Shown: positions 17,414-27,652 of the stretch, in pieces
Layout: the number at the start of each line of letters is the position of its first letter
Numbering within the stretch: the first letter of the stretch is position 1
Source: Candidatus Pacearchaeota archaeon
GTDB taxonomy: Archaea; Nanobdellota; Nanobdellia; Pacearchaeales; JAPDKA01
Direction: 5' to 3'
NCBI GenBank assembly: GCA_038817835.1
Contig: JAWAZI010000002.1
Span: forward strand, 11,831-75,830
Length of the DNA stretch: 64,000 nucleotides
Position numbers and translations under genes: made by a program
The notes under the pieces: generated by a model
The model's database searches: none
What the model was told of the DNA's origin: nothing
The model's input: only the letters and a program-made list of their open reading frames with translations

Positions 17414-18202
17414 TTAATTTTTTATAGTTTTTCTAGCAAATGTTAAAAATCCCGTATGCAATAAACCTTGCCTCTTTGGTAAAGTATGTTCCCTAACATC
17501 CCAATAGCGTAAAATATTTTCCAAAGTAAAAACTTGTGTAAAACTATATTTTTTTATTTCTTCATTAATAGCTTTAACTTGCTCAATATATGGACTAAAA
17601 ACAATTAACCATCCACCAAACTTCAATGCTTTATACGCATGTTTAACAACTTTTTCTGCATTTTTCATATCAAGAATAACAGCATCTACATTTTTCTCGT
17701 CAATTCCTTTTGTTATATCTTTATTTTTTATTACTATATTTTTTAAACCGCTTTCCAAAATATTATTTTTTGCATTTTTTAAAAAATCTTTTCTTATTTC
17801 ATAACTATAAATTTTTCCTTTTTGACAATAACTAGCTAAAAACAATGTTAGCCAACCACTCCCAAGACCTCCCTCAACAATATGTGCATCATCTTTAAGT
17901 CCTGTAAAAGCAAGAATTAATGCTGAATCTTTTGGTCTTATGGCTTGTGGCATCATTCTTGCTTTCTTATTTAAAAAATCAATTATACTAGGCTTTACTA
18001 ATACAAAAGATATATTCTTATGTGTTTTTATAATATCTCCATATTTTTTTCCAATAATTTCATTAATATCAATCAAACCTTCATCTGTATTCAATCTTTT
18101 TCCTTTTTCAACACGAATTAAAAAACATTTTGTTTTACCCAATAATAAAACTAAATTTTTCTCCTTTATTATTTCTTTCTCATTTAATTTTTTTCTTGCC
18201 AT
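17414..18202 (-). CDS. trmI: tRNA (adenine-N1)-methyltransferase TrmI/Gcd14 family
   Basis: 262 aa. An N-terminal beta domain is followed by a Rossmann SAM motif VEGGLGSGWLTLFLA and DAVILDM. Confidence 0.75.
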   Translation of the reverse strand: MARKKLNEKEIIKEKNLVLLLGKTKCFLIRVEKGKRLNTDEGLIDINEIIGKKYGDIIKTHKNISFVLVKPSIIDFLNKKARMMPQAIRPKDSALILAFTGLKDDAHIVEGGLGSGWLTLFLASYCQKGKIYSYEIRKDFLKNAKNNILESGLKNIVIKNKDITKGIDEKNVDAVILDMKNAEKVVKHAYKALKFGGWLIVFSPYIEQVKAINEEIKKYSFTQVFTLENILRYWDVREHTLPKRQGLLHTGFLTFARKTIKN

Positions 18203-18203
18203 T

Positions 18204-18890
18204 TTATTTTCGTGAAACCCAAGGATTATTTTTTATATAAAAACGCCACAAAAAATCCTTACATTCCATAGCATAATCTATGCCTATTCTTTTTGCAGCA
18301 ACTATTTGGCTTTTTTTTATTTTTTCCCCATTTGTTATCCATACACGATCACTTTTACATAAATCTTCTCCATAAAAAGTTGAATCAAGTTTAAAATTTT
18401 TACAAAAAAGTCCAGGTCCTTTAGAGCCGGGAAAATTAAAAATAGGTTCTGCTGCTCTTATTAATACACATTCTCCATTTCCTTCTTTAGATGTTGTAAT
18501 ATTACATTGATAATAATTACCGTAAATTAAATAAATATATATATGACCTCCTTCTAGATATTCAGCAATATTTCTATAAGTTATCTTTCCTTTTCCTTCT
18601 AGCAATTTTTTAATAAAATTTTCTTTATTATTAACATATTTACTTATCCTTGGAAAGGCTATTTTAAGTATTTTTAATTTTTCTCTTAAGGATTGTGGCC
18701 TCTTAGCATAGCTATGAGATGCTTTATCATATGGTCCAATATAAGCTTCTGTCTCAACGATTTTTCCGACCATTAATTTGCCTTTATAGTTTCTAACAAA
18801 AAATTTTCCTAATAAAGCTTTAGCTACTTTTAATGTATCTTGCATATAAAAACTTTTACTTAACCTAACTTCAAAGTTATTAGTTAACAT
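18204..18890 (-). CDS. mpg: DNA-3-methyladenine glycosylase (MPG/AAG family)
   Basis: 228 aa. Contains IVETEAYIGPYDKASHSY, GGHIYIYLIYG and CVLIRAAEP. A roughly 35-aa insertion appears between the ASH block and the YRN block. Confidence 0.7.
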   Translation of the reverse strand: MLTNNFEVRLSKSFYMQDTLKVAKALLGKFFVRNYKGKLMVGKIVETEAYIGPYDKASHSYAKRPQSLREKLKILKIAFPRISKYVNNKENFIKKLLEGKGKITYRNIAEYLEGGHIYIYLIYGNYYQCNITTSKEGNGECVLIRAAEPIFNFPGSKGPGLFCKNFKLDSTFYGEDLCKSDRVWITNGEKIKKSQIVAAKRIGIDYAMECKDFLWRFYIKNNPWVSRK

Positions 18891-18992
18891 TTTAATTTTT
18901 ATTTTAAAATTTTTAATTTTTTAATATTTTTAACTTTTTTAATATAAACTCAAAAGTGATAAAATATTTAAATTAAAAAATGAAATTTTTTT

Positions 18993-19778
18993 ATGAAAAT
19001 AAAAAACATTAAATCTATTGAGAAATTTTTTTATGAAAATCCTGAAAGTTTAAAAATAATAAAAGGAATAGAAGAAAAAGATTTAATTAAAAAAATAATC
19101 GAAAAAATAGAAAAAAATAGAATTAAAAATCTAGATGATATTATAAATGAAATAGAAAATTATAACAATAAAAAAAATATTTTAAATTTCTTTTCTTTTT
19201 GTTTAAAATTTTTATTTTCATTTTATATTTTAACATCAGATCCAAAATCATTTTATGATCCTAAAATAGAAATAGAAAAAAAATTGAATAATATAGATAG
19301 TAAAAATAAAATAGTTAAAAAAATAGAATTTGAGAATTATTTTGATTATTTAATCATCACATCAAAATTTGGGGAAAAGAGAATTTATGGTGGAACTACA
19401 AAAGGTAAACATCTAGGAATAGACCTAATTCCAACAAAAATAGAAGATAGATATATAAAAGCTTTTATGGATGGAAAAGTTTTTTATAAAGGAAGGGGAA
19501 AAGAATATGGAAATTTTATAATTACAGAACATAATTTAGATACAGTATTTTTATATTCCCTTCATGCACATTGTGGAAAGATATATGTAAATAAAAATGA
19601 TACAATAGAAAAAGGTAAAAAAATTGCTTATATGTGGAAAAGTGGAAAAGCGAGAGGAATTCATATGCATTGGGAAATAAGAAAAAGTAAAAATAAAATA
19701 AACAATATAGAAGAATATAAAAAATTAAATCCCATTGATCCTTTAAAAGTAATAGAAAAATTAAAAAATAATTTTTAG
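18993..19778 (+). CDS. membrane-anchored M23 family metallopeptidase (lysostaphin/LytM-like)
   Basis: 261 aa. An internal signal-anchor (FFSFCLKFLFSFYILT) is followed by the M23 motifs HLGIDL (HxxxD) and HMHWEI (HxH), with SLHAH in between. Confidence 0.7.
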   Translation: MKIKNIKSIEKFFYENPESLKIIKGIEEKDLIKKIIEKIEKNRIKNLDDIINEIENYNNKKNILNFFSFCLKFLFSFYILTSDPKSFYDPKIEIEKKLNNIDSKNKIVKKIEFENYFDYLIITSKFGEKRIYGGTTKGKHLGIDLIPTKIEDRYIKAFMDGKVFYKGRGKEYGNFIITEHNLDTVFLYSLHAHCGKIYVNKNDTIEKGKKIAYMWKSGKARGIHMHWEIRKSKNKINNIEEYKKLNPIDPLKVIEKLKNNF

Positions 19779-19828
19779 AAAGTTTTAAAAAACTTTTTTC
19801 TTTATAAATTTAACTTTTTAAATTTAAA

Positions 19829-20377
19829 ATGGCAAAGAGAATTATAGGAAAATATAAAATACAAAACCTTGTTGCAACAACAAGCTTGGAAGTAAATGTA
19901 CCCCTATTAAAACTTGCAAAAACAAATTTAAATACAGAATATATCCCTGATAAATTTCCAGGCTTAATATTGAGAATACAACAACCAAAGTCTGCAGTAT
20001 TGATATTTAGATCTGGAAAACTTGTTTGTACAGGAGCAAAAAATTTAGAACAAGTTAGAAAAGTTATAGATCAAGTTATAAAAGAACTAAAAAAAATTGG
20101 AATAAAAGTAAAAATAAAACCAAAGTTAGAAATACAGAATATAGTTGCAAGTGGTAATCTAAATGTTAGGTTAAATTTGAATAAATTAGCATTAACTTTA
20201 GAAAATGTGGAATATGAACCAGAACAGTTTCCAGGATTGGTATATAAAATATATGAACCTTATGCAACTTTTTTACTTTTTACAAATGGCCAATTTGTAT
20301 GTACAGGAACAAAAAGTAAAGAAATACTAAAAAAAGCAATAGAGCAGTTAGGAAAAAATATAAAGGAATTTATTTAA
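19829..20377 (+). CDS. tbp: TATA-box binding protein
   Basis: 182 aa. Two direct repeats are visible: IQNLVATTSL...FPGLILRI..PKSAVLIFRSGKLVCTGAK and IQNIVASGNL...FPGLVYKI.EP.ATFLLFTNGQFVCTGTK. Confidence 0.95.
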   Translation: MAKRIIGKYKIQNLVATTSLEVNVPLLKLAKTNLNTEYIPDKFPGLILRIQQPKSAVLIFRSGKLVCTGAKNLEQVRKVIDQVIKELKKIGIKVKIKPKLEIQNIVASGNLNVRLNLNKLALTLENVEYEPEQFPGLVYKIYEPYATFLLFTNGQFVCTGTKSKEILKKAIEQLGKNIKEFI

Positions 20378-20441
20378 TTTTTTTTATTTTTATTAAAAGA
20401 TAGTTAAAAAAATTTTTTAATTTTAATTAATATAAATAAAG

Positions 20442-22442
20442 ATGGAAGAAAAAATTTTAATTGAAGCAAAAGCCTTTATAGAGAATTATAAAAAAGAAAT
20501 AATAAAACAAATAAAAAAAGGTAAAAAAAGTGTAATAATTCCTTTTAATGAAATTAGTGAATTTAGTCACGAATTAGCAGAATATATATTAGAAAATCCT
20601 GAAGAAGCATTAGCAACTTTAGGTTTTATTTTAGATGAGATGGATATTGGGAAAAATATAAAAATAAGATTAATAAATTTGCCAAAAAGTCAAGAAATAA
20701 ATATAAGAGAAATAAGAAGTAAACATATAAATAAATTAATTGTTTGTGAAGGAATTGTAAGGCAAAGTTCTGATGTAAGACCTGAAGTTATTAATGCTTT
20801 ATTTGAATGTCCAAGTTGTGGAAATAAAATAAATGTATTACAGCTAGAAAAAAAATTTAGAGAGCCATCAAGATGTAGTAATTGTGGAAGAAAAAAAGGT
20901 TTTAAAATTATCAGCAAAGAATTTGTAGATGCACAAAGAATAGTAATCGAAGAAAATCCTGAATCTCTGATAGGTGGTGAACAACCTAGACGTTTAAGTG
21001 TTTTTTTGAAAGAAGATCTCGTAGAACCAAAAATGGAAGAAAAAACAACACCTGGAAGTAGAGTAAAAGTTATAGGAATAATTAAAGAAGTACCAATTTC
21101 ATTGAGGACTGGTGCTACAAGTACAAAATATGATTTAATAATGGAAGCAAATAATATAATACCACTCGAGGAAAGATTTGAAGAAATAGAAATAAGTGAA
21201 GAAGAAGAAAAAGAAATTATTGAATTTGCTAAATCCCCAGATGTATATGAAAAAATAGTTAAAAATATTGCCCCAAGCATTTATGGCTATGAAGAAATAA
21301 AATTAGCTTTAGCTTTACAATTATTTGGTGGAGTAAGAAAAAGAAAAAGTGACGGAACATATACAAGAGGAGATATACATATATTACTTGTTGGTGATCC
21401 TGGAGTCGCAAAATCTGTTATATTAAAATTTATAGCCTCAATAGCTCCAAGAGGAAGATATGTTGTTGGAAAAGCTGCAACTGGAGCTGGAATAACTGCT
21501 ACAGTAGTAAAAGATGAATTCTTACATGGATGGAGTTTAGAAGCAGGAGCAATGGTATTAGCAAACAAAGGAATAGTATGTATAGATGAATTAGAAAAAA
21601 TGAATGATGCTGACAGAAGCGCTATGCATGAAGGAATGGAACAACAAACTATAACTATAAGTAAAGCTAATGTACAAGCAACTCTAAGAGCAGAAACATC
21701 AGTACTTGCAGCAGCTAATCCTAAATTTGGAAGATTTGATCCATATCAAAACATAACAGAACAAATAGATCTACCACCAACTTTACTTAATAGATTTGAT
21801 CTAATATTTGTTTTAAGAGATTTGCCAGATAAAGAAAAAGATGGTGCAATTGCTGAACATGTTTTAAGAGAGCATTCACTAAGAAAAAAAACATCTTTTA
21901 GTCCTGAATTTTTAAGAAAATATATTGCATATGCAAAACAAAAAATAAAACCAAAATTAACAAATGAAGCAATAGAAGAAATTAAGAGTTTTTATGTAAA
22001 TTTAAGAAATATGCCAACTACAGCCGATGAAATAATAAAACCAATACCAATATCGGCTAGACAATTAGAAGCTTTGATAAGATTAAGTGAAGCTAGTGCA
22101 AAAATAAGATTAAGTAATAAAGTAACAAAGGAAGATGCTCAAAGAGCAATAGGACTAATTAAATATATGCTGCACCAAATCGGTATAGATCAAGAAACAG
22201 GACAAATAGATATCGACAAAATAATAACAGGTATCCCTGCAAGTGAAAGAGCTAAAATTTTATTATTGAGAGAAACTATAAATAAGCTTGAATCTAGATT
22301 AGGAAAGACTATTCCTATAAAAGAGATAAAAAAAGAACTAGAAGGGAGGATTAATGAAGATGAAATTGATGAAATAATAGATAAATTAAAAAGAAGTGGT
22401 GATATCTATGAACCAAAAAAAGGATATATTGAAAAAATATGA
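20442..22442 (+). CDS. mcm: MCM replicative helicase
   Basis: 666 aa. Has the Zn motif CPSCGN...CSNCGR, Walker A GDPGVAKS, Walker B CIDELEKM, the arginine finger SRFDLIF-like NRFDLIF, and a C-terminal winged helix. Confidence 0.95.
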   Translation: MEEKILIEAKAFIENYKKEIIKQIKKGKKSVIIPFNEISEFSHELAEYILENPEEALATLGFILDEMDIGKNIKIRLINLPKSQEINIREIRSKHINKLIVCEGIVRQSSDVRPEVINALFECPSCGNKINVLQLEKKFREPSRCSNCGRKKGFKIISKEFVDAQRIVIEENPESLIGGEQPRRLSVFLKEDLVEPKMEEKTTPGSRVKVIGIIKEVPISLRTGATSTKYDLIMEANNIIPLEERFEEIEISEEEEKEIIEFAKSPDVYEKIVKNIAPSIYGYEEIKLALALQLFGGVRKRKSDGTYTRGDIHILLVGDPGVAKSVILKFIASIAPRGRYVVGKAATGAGITATVVKDEFLHGWSLEAGAMVLANKGIVCIDELEKMNDADRSAMHEGMEQQTITISKANVQATLRAETSVLAAANPKFGRFDPYQNITEQIDLPPTLLNRFDLIFVLRDLPDKEKDGAIAEHVLREHSLRKKTSFSPEFLRKYIAYAKQKIKPKLTNEAIEEIKSFYVNLRNMPTTADEIIKPIPISARQLEALIRLSEASAKIRLSNKVTKEDAQRAIGLIKYMLHQIGIDQETGQIDIDKIITGIPASERAKILLLRETINKLESRLGKTIPIKEIKKELEGRINEDEIDEIIDKLKRSGDIYEPKKGYIEKI

Positions 22443-23035
22443 AAAGAAAAACCGCATATAAATTATGGATTAAAGATATAAATAAATGTGAACAAATATT
22501 TGATGGTGGTAAATTTGTTGGTATAAATTTTAATGGAAAAATAGTAAAAAGAATAAATATAGTTGGAAATATCATAGATAAATTTGATGGATCAAATTTT
22601 ACAAGTATAATAATTGATGATTCAACAGGAATAATTGAAATAAGAGATTTTGAAGAAAAATTGAAAGATTTTGAGATTGGAGATTCTATCTTAGTAATTG
22701 GAAAATTAAAAAATTTTAATGAAAGAATATATCTAGGAAGTGAAGTTGTAAAAAAAGTTGATCCATTATTTTTAATAGCAAGAAAAATTGAACTTGAAAA
22801 AATTTTTAAGAATAAATTAGAGGAAAAAAAAATCGAAACTGAAATTAAAGAAAATAATAAAATTAAATATGAAATATTAAAAAAAATAAAAGAAAATGAA
22901 AATAACGAAACAAATATAGAAGATTTATATTTAAAATTGGATTATTCTATCGATGAAATAAAAAAAGCTATAGAAGATTTGTTAGAAGAAGGAAAAATAT
23001 ATGAACCAAGGCCTGGTATTTTAAAAATTATTTAA
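22439..23035 (+). CDS. RPA32/Stn1-like OB-fold protein with C-terminal winged helix
   Basis: 198 aa. Contains the OB-fold block INIVGNIIDKFDGSNFTSIIIDDSTGIIEIRDF...GDSILVIGKL. The C-terminus is LLEEGKIYEPRPGILKII. ATGA overlap with the mcm stop. Confidence 0.55.
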   Translation: MKRKTAYKLWIKDINKCEQIFDGGKFVGINFNGKIVKRINIVGNIIDKFDGSNFTSIIIDDSTGIIEIRDFEEKLKDFEIGDSILVIGKLKNFNERIYLGSEVVKKVDPLFLIARKIELEKIFKNKLEEKKIETEIKENNKIKYEILKKIKENENNETNIEDLYLKLDYSIDEIKKAIEDLLEEGKIYEPRPGILKII

Positions 23036-23067
23036 ACGAAAAATTTTTAAACTGTAATAACTTTAAA

Positions 23068-24963
23068 ATGATAATGAAAAACAAAAAATTTTTGTTTATA
23101 ATATTTTTAATTATTTTTTTATATGTAATCAATTTAGTTAGTTCTTTAAAAATTGAAAATTTTTCTCCAAGTCCAATTCAATTAATTTATGGAACAAAAA
23201 GTTTTAGTTTTTTGATTGTTGAAGATTTAAATCAAAATACAACAAATATAAATGCTAGTTGCAATGTAAATGTTGGAACTTGTAGTGTTTCTTGTCCTAG
23301 AAGTTTAAATGCAAATACAAATGCTACATGTATAGGAATTTTAACAATACCCCAATATACTCACGCAGGAATTTATAATGGGATTGTTGTAGTAGAAGGA
23401 TTAACAAATTTTGGATTAGTAAGTGATAATGAAACTTTTATAATAGACATCATTGAAACTCATGATTTAACATTAAATTTTTCTTTAGATGATATGGGTA
23501 AAAATGATATACAAAATTCCTCAGTTAGTATAAAAAATATCGGAAATATTGAATTATCAATAAATTTAACCTCTTGGATAGAAAATGAAGATGGAGAAAT
23601 AGTTAATATAGAAAATGAATTAAATGAAACTAGCTTTATTTTAAATCCAGGAGAAACAAAAATAATCAAATTAAAAATAAAAACTGAAGATACTTCTGCT
23701 GGAAATTATTATGCTTTTATCAAAGCGAATGCAAAAAATGATCAATATGGAATAGAATTTAATAAAACTGTTAGTGAAGAATTTAAAGTTAGATTTATGT
23801 ATTGTAGTAAAATTGGTGGAGATTACTTAAGTATTGAAATAAAAAATAGGAATGATTTTGAAGGAAAAAAATTCGGACCTTTAGAAAATTTCACCATAAA
23901 AATAAAAATTAATAACGAAAATGATGAAGAACATAATGTAAATATTAAAGCCGCTTTAGTCGAGAATGAAGAAATTATAGATGAGAGTGAAATTGAAAAA
24001 GAAATAACTATAGAAGAAGATAGCTATATTATAATAACATTAAATTTTATGATACCATTATTAGAAGAAGGTGATTATGATTTATATATTAAAGTATATG
24101 ATGAAGATAATGAAGATGAATGTGTTCAAGAAGATAGTTATATAAAAATAAAAAGGGAAAGTAATAAAGTAATATTAAAAAATATTCTTTTTGATAAACA
24201 GTACTATGAATGTGGCCAAGTTATGACAATTTCTGGAAGTATTGTAAACATTGGGAAAAATGATGAAGATTTAGTAAAAATATCTTATGAGGATGATTTA
24301 AACAATAGTATTGATACAACTTTTGATCTATATGTTGATGAAGAAAAAAATTTCTTATTCCAACCAAAAATACCATTAAATGCAAGTGAAGGAAACCATA
24401 AAGCTATAATAAAAATATATTATGATTACTCGGAAACTAGAAATACATTTGAGAAAACCAATATTTATGAATATTATTTCTATATTCAAGGAAATTGTAT
24501 AAAACCAATGAAAAATGTTAATGCTATAATAAATATTGATGATGTATTATACTTAAATAATTCATATGAAGGAAAAATTATTTTAATCAATATTGGTGAT
24601 ATACCTACAATTTATGAAATATCTATAGAAGCAAGTTGGGCCGAATATAATATTGATTCAAGAATTTTACAATTAAATCCAAAAGAAGAAAAAACTATAA
24701 GAATTAATATTATACCCAAAGAAATAGGAACAAAAATATTAACATTAAAAGTTAAATTTGATAATCAAGAGAAAATATTTACAAAAACTTTAACTGTAAA
24801 AGAATTTGAAGAAGAAAGTAAATATAAAAAAGCAAGTTGGATTGATGAATTAATATTTGAATTCAAAAGAAGACCTTGGTTATTTGCATTAGTATTAATA
24901 AGTATTATTATATCTGTAATTTGCTTAATCTTAATAATTATATTACTAACAAAAAAACATTAA
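23068..24963 (+). CDS. large surface protein (signal peptide, repeated beta-rich modules, C-terminal TM anchor)
   Basis: 631 aa. Has an N-terminal signal and many N-x-S/T sequons. CARDB-like segments are present (NPGETKIIKLKIK..., LNPKEEKTIRINI...). Ends with the C-terminal TM LFALVLISIIISVICLILIIILL. Confidence 0.6.
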   Translation: MIMKNKKFLFIIFLIIFLYVINLVSSLKIENFSPSPIQLIYGTKSFSFLIVEDLNQNTTNINASCNVNVGTCSVSCPRSLNANTNATCIGILTIPQYTHAGIYNGIVVVEGLTNFGLVSDNETFIIDIIETHDLTLNFSLDDMGKNDIQNSSVSIKNIGNIELSINLTSWIENEDGEIVNIENELNETSFILNPGETKIIKLKIKTEDTSAGNYYAFIKANAKNDQYGIEFNKTVSEEFKVRFMYCSKIGGDYLSIEIKNRNDFEGKKFGPLENFTIKIKINNENDEEHNVNIKAALVENEEIIDESEIEKEITIEEDSYIIITLNFMIPLLEEGDYDLYIKVYDEDNEDECVQEDSYIKIKRESNKVILKNILFDKQYYECGQVMTISGSIVNIGKNDEDLVKISYEDDLNNSIDTTFDLYVDEEKNFLFQPKIPLNASEGNHKAIIKIYYDYSETRNTFEKTNIYEYYFYIQGNCIKPMKNVNAIINIDDVLYLNNSYEGKIILINIGDIPTIYEISIEASWAEYNIDSRILQLNPKEEKTIRINIIPKEIGTKILTLKVKFDNQEKIFTKTLTVKEFEEESKYKKASWIDELIFEFKRRPWLFALVLISIIISVICLILIIILLTKKH

Positions 24964-25424
24964 ATTTTCTTGAATTTTTTTTCTTTTATTTGTTTTAATA
25001 CTATTTCAATAAAATTATCAATTTTTTCTTCGTTTATACCTTTATTTTTTAATATTTTTTTAATTTCAATCTCTGTTAAATAATAATTCTTGAATTTTTC
25101 ATTTAATTTTTTCCATGGTATTCCAGCTAATGAATTTGCAAGATCTATATCAAAATCAAGTTTTTTTTCTATCATAAGTAAAGCTATTGAAGGATATCCT
25201 AAATAGCCTTTAAATTTACTACCATTGTCATCAGAAGTTATTGAATTATCTTCAGGAATATAGGTAATATTATAAGTTTTATCTCTATTTGAACTTAAAC
25301 ATATCGCTTTTACAATTCTTTTCTCTTTTTTTTCATCACTAATAATTTTTATTCTTCCATCAGTAATTGCACCTAAAGCTTCAAGTATTTTTATTCTAGG
25401 AGGTAATTTCCAAAATTTATTCAT
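24960..25424 (-). CDS. hypothetical protein (154 aa)
   Basis: Its start overlaps the stop of the upstream glycosyltransferase-like gene by 4 nt. No motif recognised. Confidence 0.5.
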   Translation of the reverse strand: MNKFWKLPPRIKILEALGAITDGRIKIISDEKKEKRIVKAICLSSNRDKTYNITYIPEDNSITSDDNGSKFKGYLGYPSIALLMIEKKLDFDIDLANSLAGIPWKKLNEKFKNYYLTEIEIKKILKNKGINEEKIDNFIEIVLKQIKEKKFKKI

Positions 25425-26596
25425 TTTAACATATTTTTAATTATTCTTATAATTTTTTTTGTTCCAAAAAAATATGGTGCTAAATATAAATTTCCACTTT
25501 CTATTTCTTTTTTTATTTCTTCTATTGAATTAATTAAACCATTAAATTTTATTGCATATGGTATAACTTTAAAATTTCTTCTTTCAACAATATTTGTTGG
25601 AGAAAAAAATACAAATGGTATCCCACAAGAATAAAAAGCTAATTCTGATGGTTTAGTAAAAATAATATCTGCTTTATAAAAAAATTTGTTAAATATTTTT
25701 ATAGAATTTTCTCTTTTCTCATTTTCGTTTTCTCCTATTGCAACTAAAAAATCTATATTTAAATTTGAAAATTTAACAGTATAAGTATAACCTATAACAA
25801 AAACACCATCATTTATTTCTTTTTTATTTATTATTTTTCTTTTTCCTATTAATTCTCTGAATAACCAATCATGATGATTACAATTAATTATTAATTTACC
25901 TTTCTTCAATTTACAATATTCACTTATTATTTGCTTAATTTCTAATTTATTAGTTCCAGCTCCACCAGTAGTAACAAATAATAGATAATTACCATTTTTT
26001 ATATTTCTAATTCTCTTTTTAATTTTAGCTAATGATTTTTCAGTTTCTTCTATTGGAAGAACATGTCCAGTAACAAAAATTCTTTCTTTGGATACACCGC
26101 TCCTAACTAACACTTCTTTACTATAACGATCATTAACAAAATAAAAAACATTTTTTCCCGGCAATAAGTAAAACCATAAAGAAAAATAATCAATTGAATC
26201 TGGAATAAGATTTATCAATTTTATTTTTAGATTTTTTTTATAACTTAAATCAATTAAAGGTAAAGGATGTGTTGAGATAAGTATTTTTATTTTTTTCTTT
26301 TTTATAAATTCAATTAATTTTTTTGAAATAAGAAAAGAGTAAAGTTCCATAAGAAAATATAACAAAGGAAATTTTGTTATTTCTTTTAATACCATTTTTC
26401 TTTGAGAATACTCATAAACTTTTTTTACAAAATTCCATATATTGGAATAAAACTTCCCAACTATATCGCTATCGAAAACATTAATAAGATAAACTTTATA
26501 TTTATTTTTTCTTAAAGAGATAAAAAGATTATAAGCATCTCTTCTATGCCCTAATCCAGCATCAACAAAAATTATTGCAATATTTTTATTTTTCAT
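25421..26596 (-). CDS. glycosyltransferase-like protein (GT-B, MurG/MGDG-synthase-like)
   Basis: 391 aa. The N-terminal IAIIFVDAGLGHRRDAYNL resembles the G-loop of GT28-type enzymes. A TTGGAG motif lies mid-protein. Weak assignment. Confidence 0.35.
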   Translation of the reverse strand: MKNKNIAIIFVDAGLGHRRDAYNLFISLRKNKYKVYLINVFDSDIVGKFYSNIWNFVKKVYEYSQRKMVLKEITKFPLLYFLMELYSFLISKKLIEFIKKKKIKILISTHPLPLIDLSYKKNLKIKLINLIPDSIDYFSLWFYLLPGKNVFYFVNDRYSKEVLVRSGVSKERIFVTGHVLPIEETEKSLAKIKKRIRNIKNGNYLLFVTTGGAGTNKLEIKQIISEYCKLKKGKLIINCNHHDWLFRELIGKRKIINKKEINDGVFVIGYTYTVKFSNLNIDFLVAIGENENEKRENSIKIFNKFFYKADIIFTKPSELAFYSCGIPFVFFSPTNIVERRNFKVIPYAIKFNGLINSIEEIKKEIESGNLYLAPYFFGTKKIIRIIKNMLK

Positions 26597-26680
26597 AAAA
26601 ATATAAAAGATTATTTTTTTAATTACTTTGTAATTACTCTAAAGGAAAAAAATTTAAAAGTAGAATTTTTTATTTTAATT

Positions 26681-27535
26681 ATGGAAAACCATATAAAAAA
26701 TATAATTGAAATTATAAATTATATTGCTGATCAAGTTTATAGACTTGAAGATAAAAATATTATTAAAGAAACTTATAAAAAACTTTATGAAATAATAGAA
26801 GAAAAAGCAATATATTGTGAAATTTCAAATTTAATATATTTTTGGAAAATAAAAAAAGAAAAAAATATAGATGATTGCTTTAAAGAGTTATTCAAAAATA
26901 GAGATCCTATGTTGGAGCTTATAGTAAGAAGTGAACTCGAAAAATTAAAAGAAGAAGTTAAAGATGAAAATTTAGAAATTATTGTAGAAAAAAAGAAAAA
27001 GATGGAGATGGATAAATTAAAAGATTACTGTTTTATTAATATATTATTAAGTTGGTTAGGAGGACCATTAAAAAATAAAATATCAAACAAATTAAAAGAT
27101 TTTATTGGATATACGTCAACATTAATAAATTATTTAAATAATGAAATTTATCTTGATTATATTACTCAAATTGAGATTAATAATCTTTTCGAAGAAAAAG
27201 ATACAAAAGTAATAGAAAATCATAAAATTTATTTTTTAATAAATATATATGAAGCTTTAAATAAATTGAAAGATGATTTAAAAAATTATCCTAATGAAAT
27301 TGATCAAATTATGTTCATTGATAAATATTTAAAAAAACTTGAAACCGAAGTTAATAATCTTGATGATTTATTTAACTATTTTTCTGATAAAATAATTGTA
27401 TTAACTTCTCTAATTTATTTAACTTGGTATCCTATAGAAATAAGACTTAATGAGTTAGATAAATTTGAAAAAATTTTGAGTAATTTAATTACAAGATATT
27501 TAAGATATTTAGAAAAAGAAATAAATATAAAATAA
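26681..27535 (+). CDS. hypothetical protein (284 aa, helical)
   Basis: Long ORF with no recognisable motif. Confidence 0.5.
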   Translation: MENHIKNIIEIINYIADQVYRLEDKNIIKETYKKLYEIIEEKAIYCEISNLIYFWKIKKEKNIDDCFKELFKNRDPMLELIVRSELEKLKEEVKDENLEIIVEKKKKMEMDKLKDYCFINILLSWLGGPLKNKISNKLKDFIGYTSTLINYLNNEIYLDYITQIEINNLFEEKDTKVIENHKIYFLINIYEALNKLKDDLKNYPNEIDQIMFIDKYLKKLETEVNNLDDLFNYFSDKIIVLTSLIYLTWYPIEIRLNELDKFEKILSNLITRYLRYLEKEINIK

Positions 27536-27544
27536 TAGGCAAAA

Positions 27545-27615
27545 TGCGCCAACCGGGATTCGAACCCGGGCTACCAGCTTGGGAAGCTGGTGTCCTACCA
27601 CTAGACGATTGGCGC
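27545..27615 (-). tRNA. tRNA-Gly (anticodon CCC)
   Basis: The reverse complement is GCGCCAATCGTCTAGTGGTAGGACACCAGCTTCCCAAGCTGG...CCGGGTTCGAATCCCGGTTGGCGCA. The anticodon loop is TTCCCAA. Confidence 0.9.
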
Positions 27616-27652
27616 TTACAAAAATTTATAAACAATAATTATTAAAAATTTT

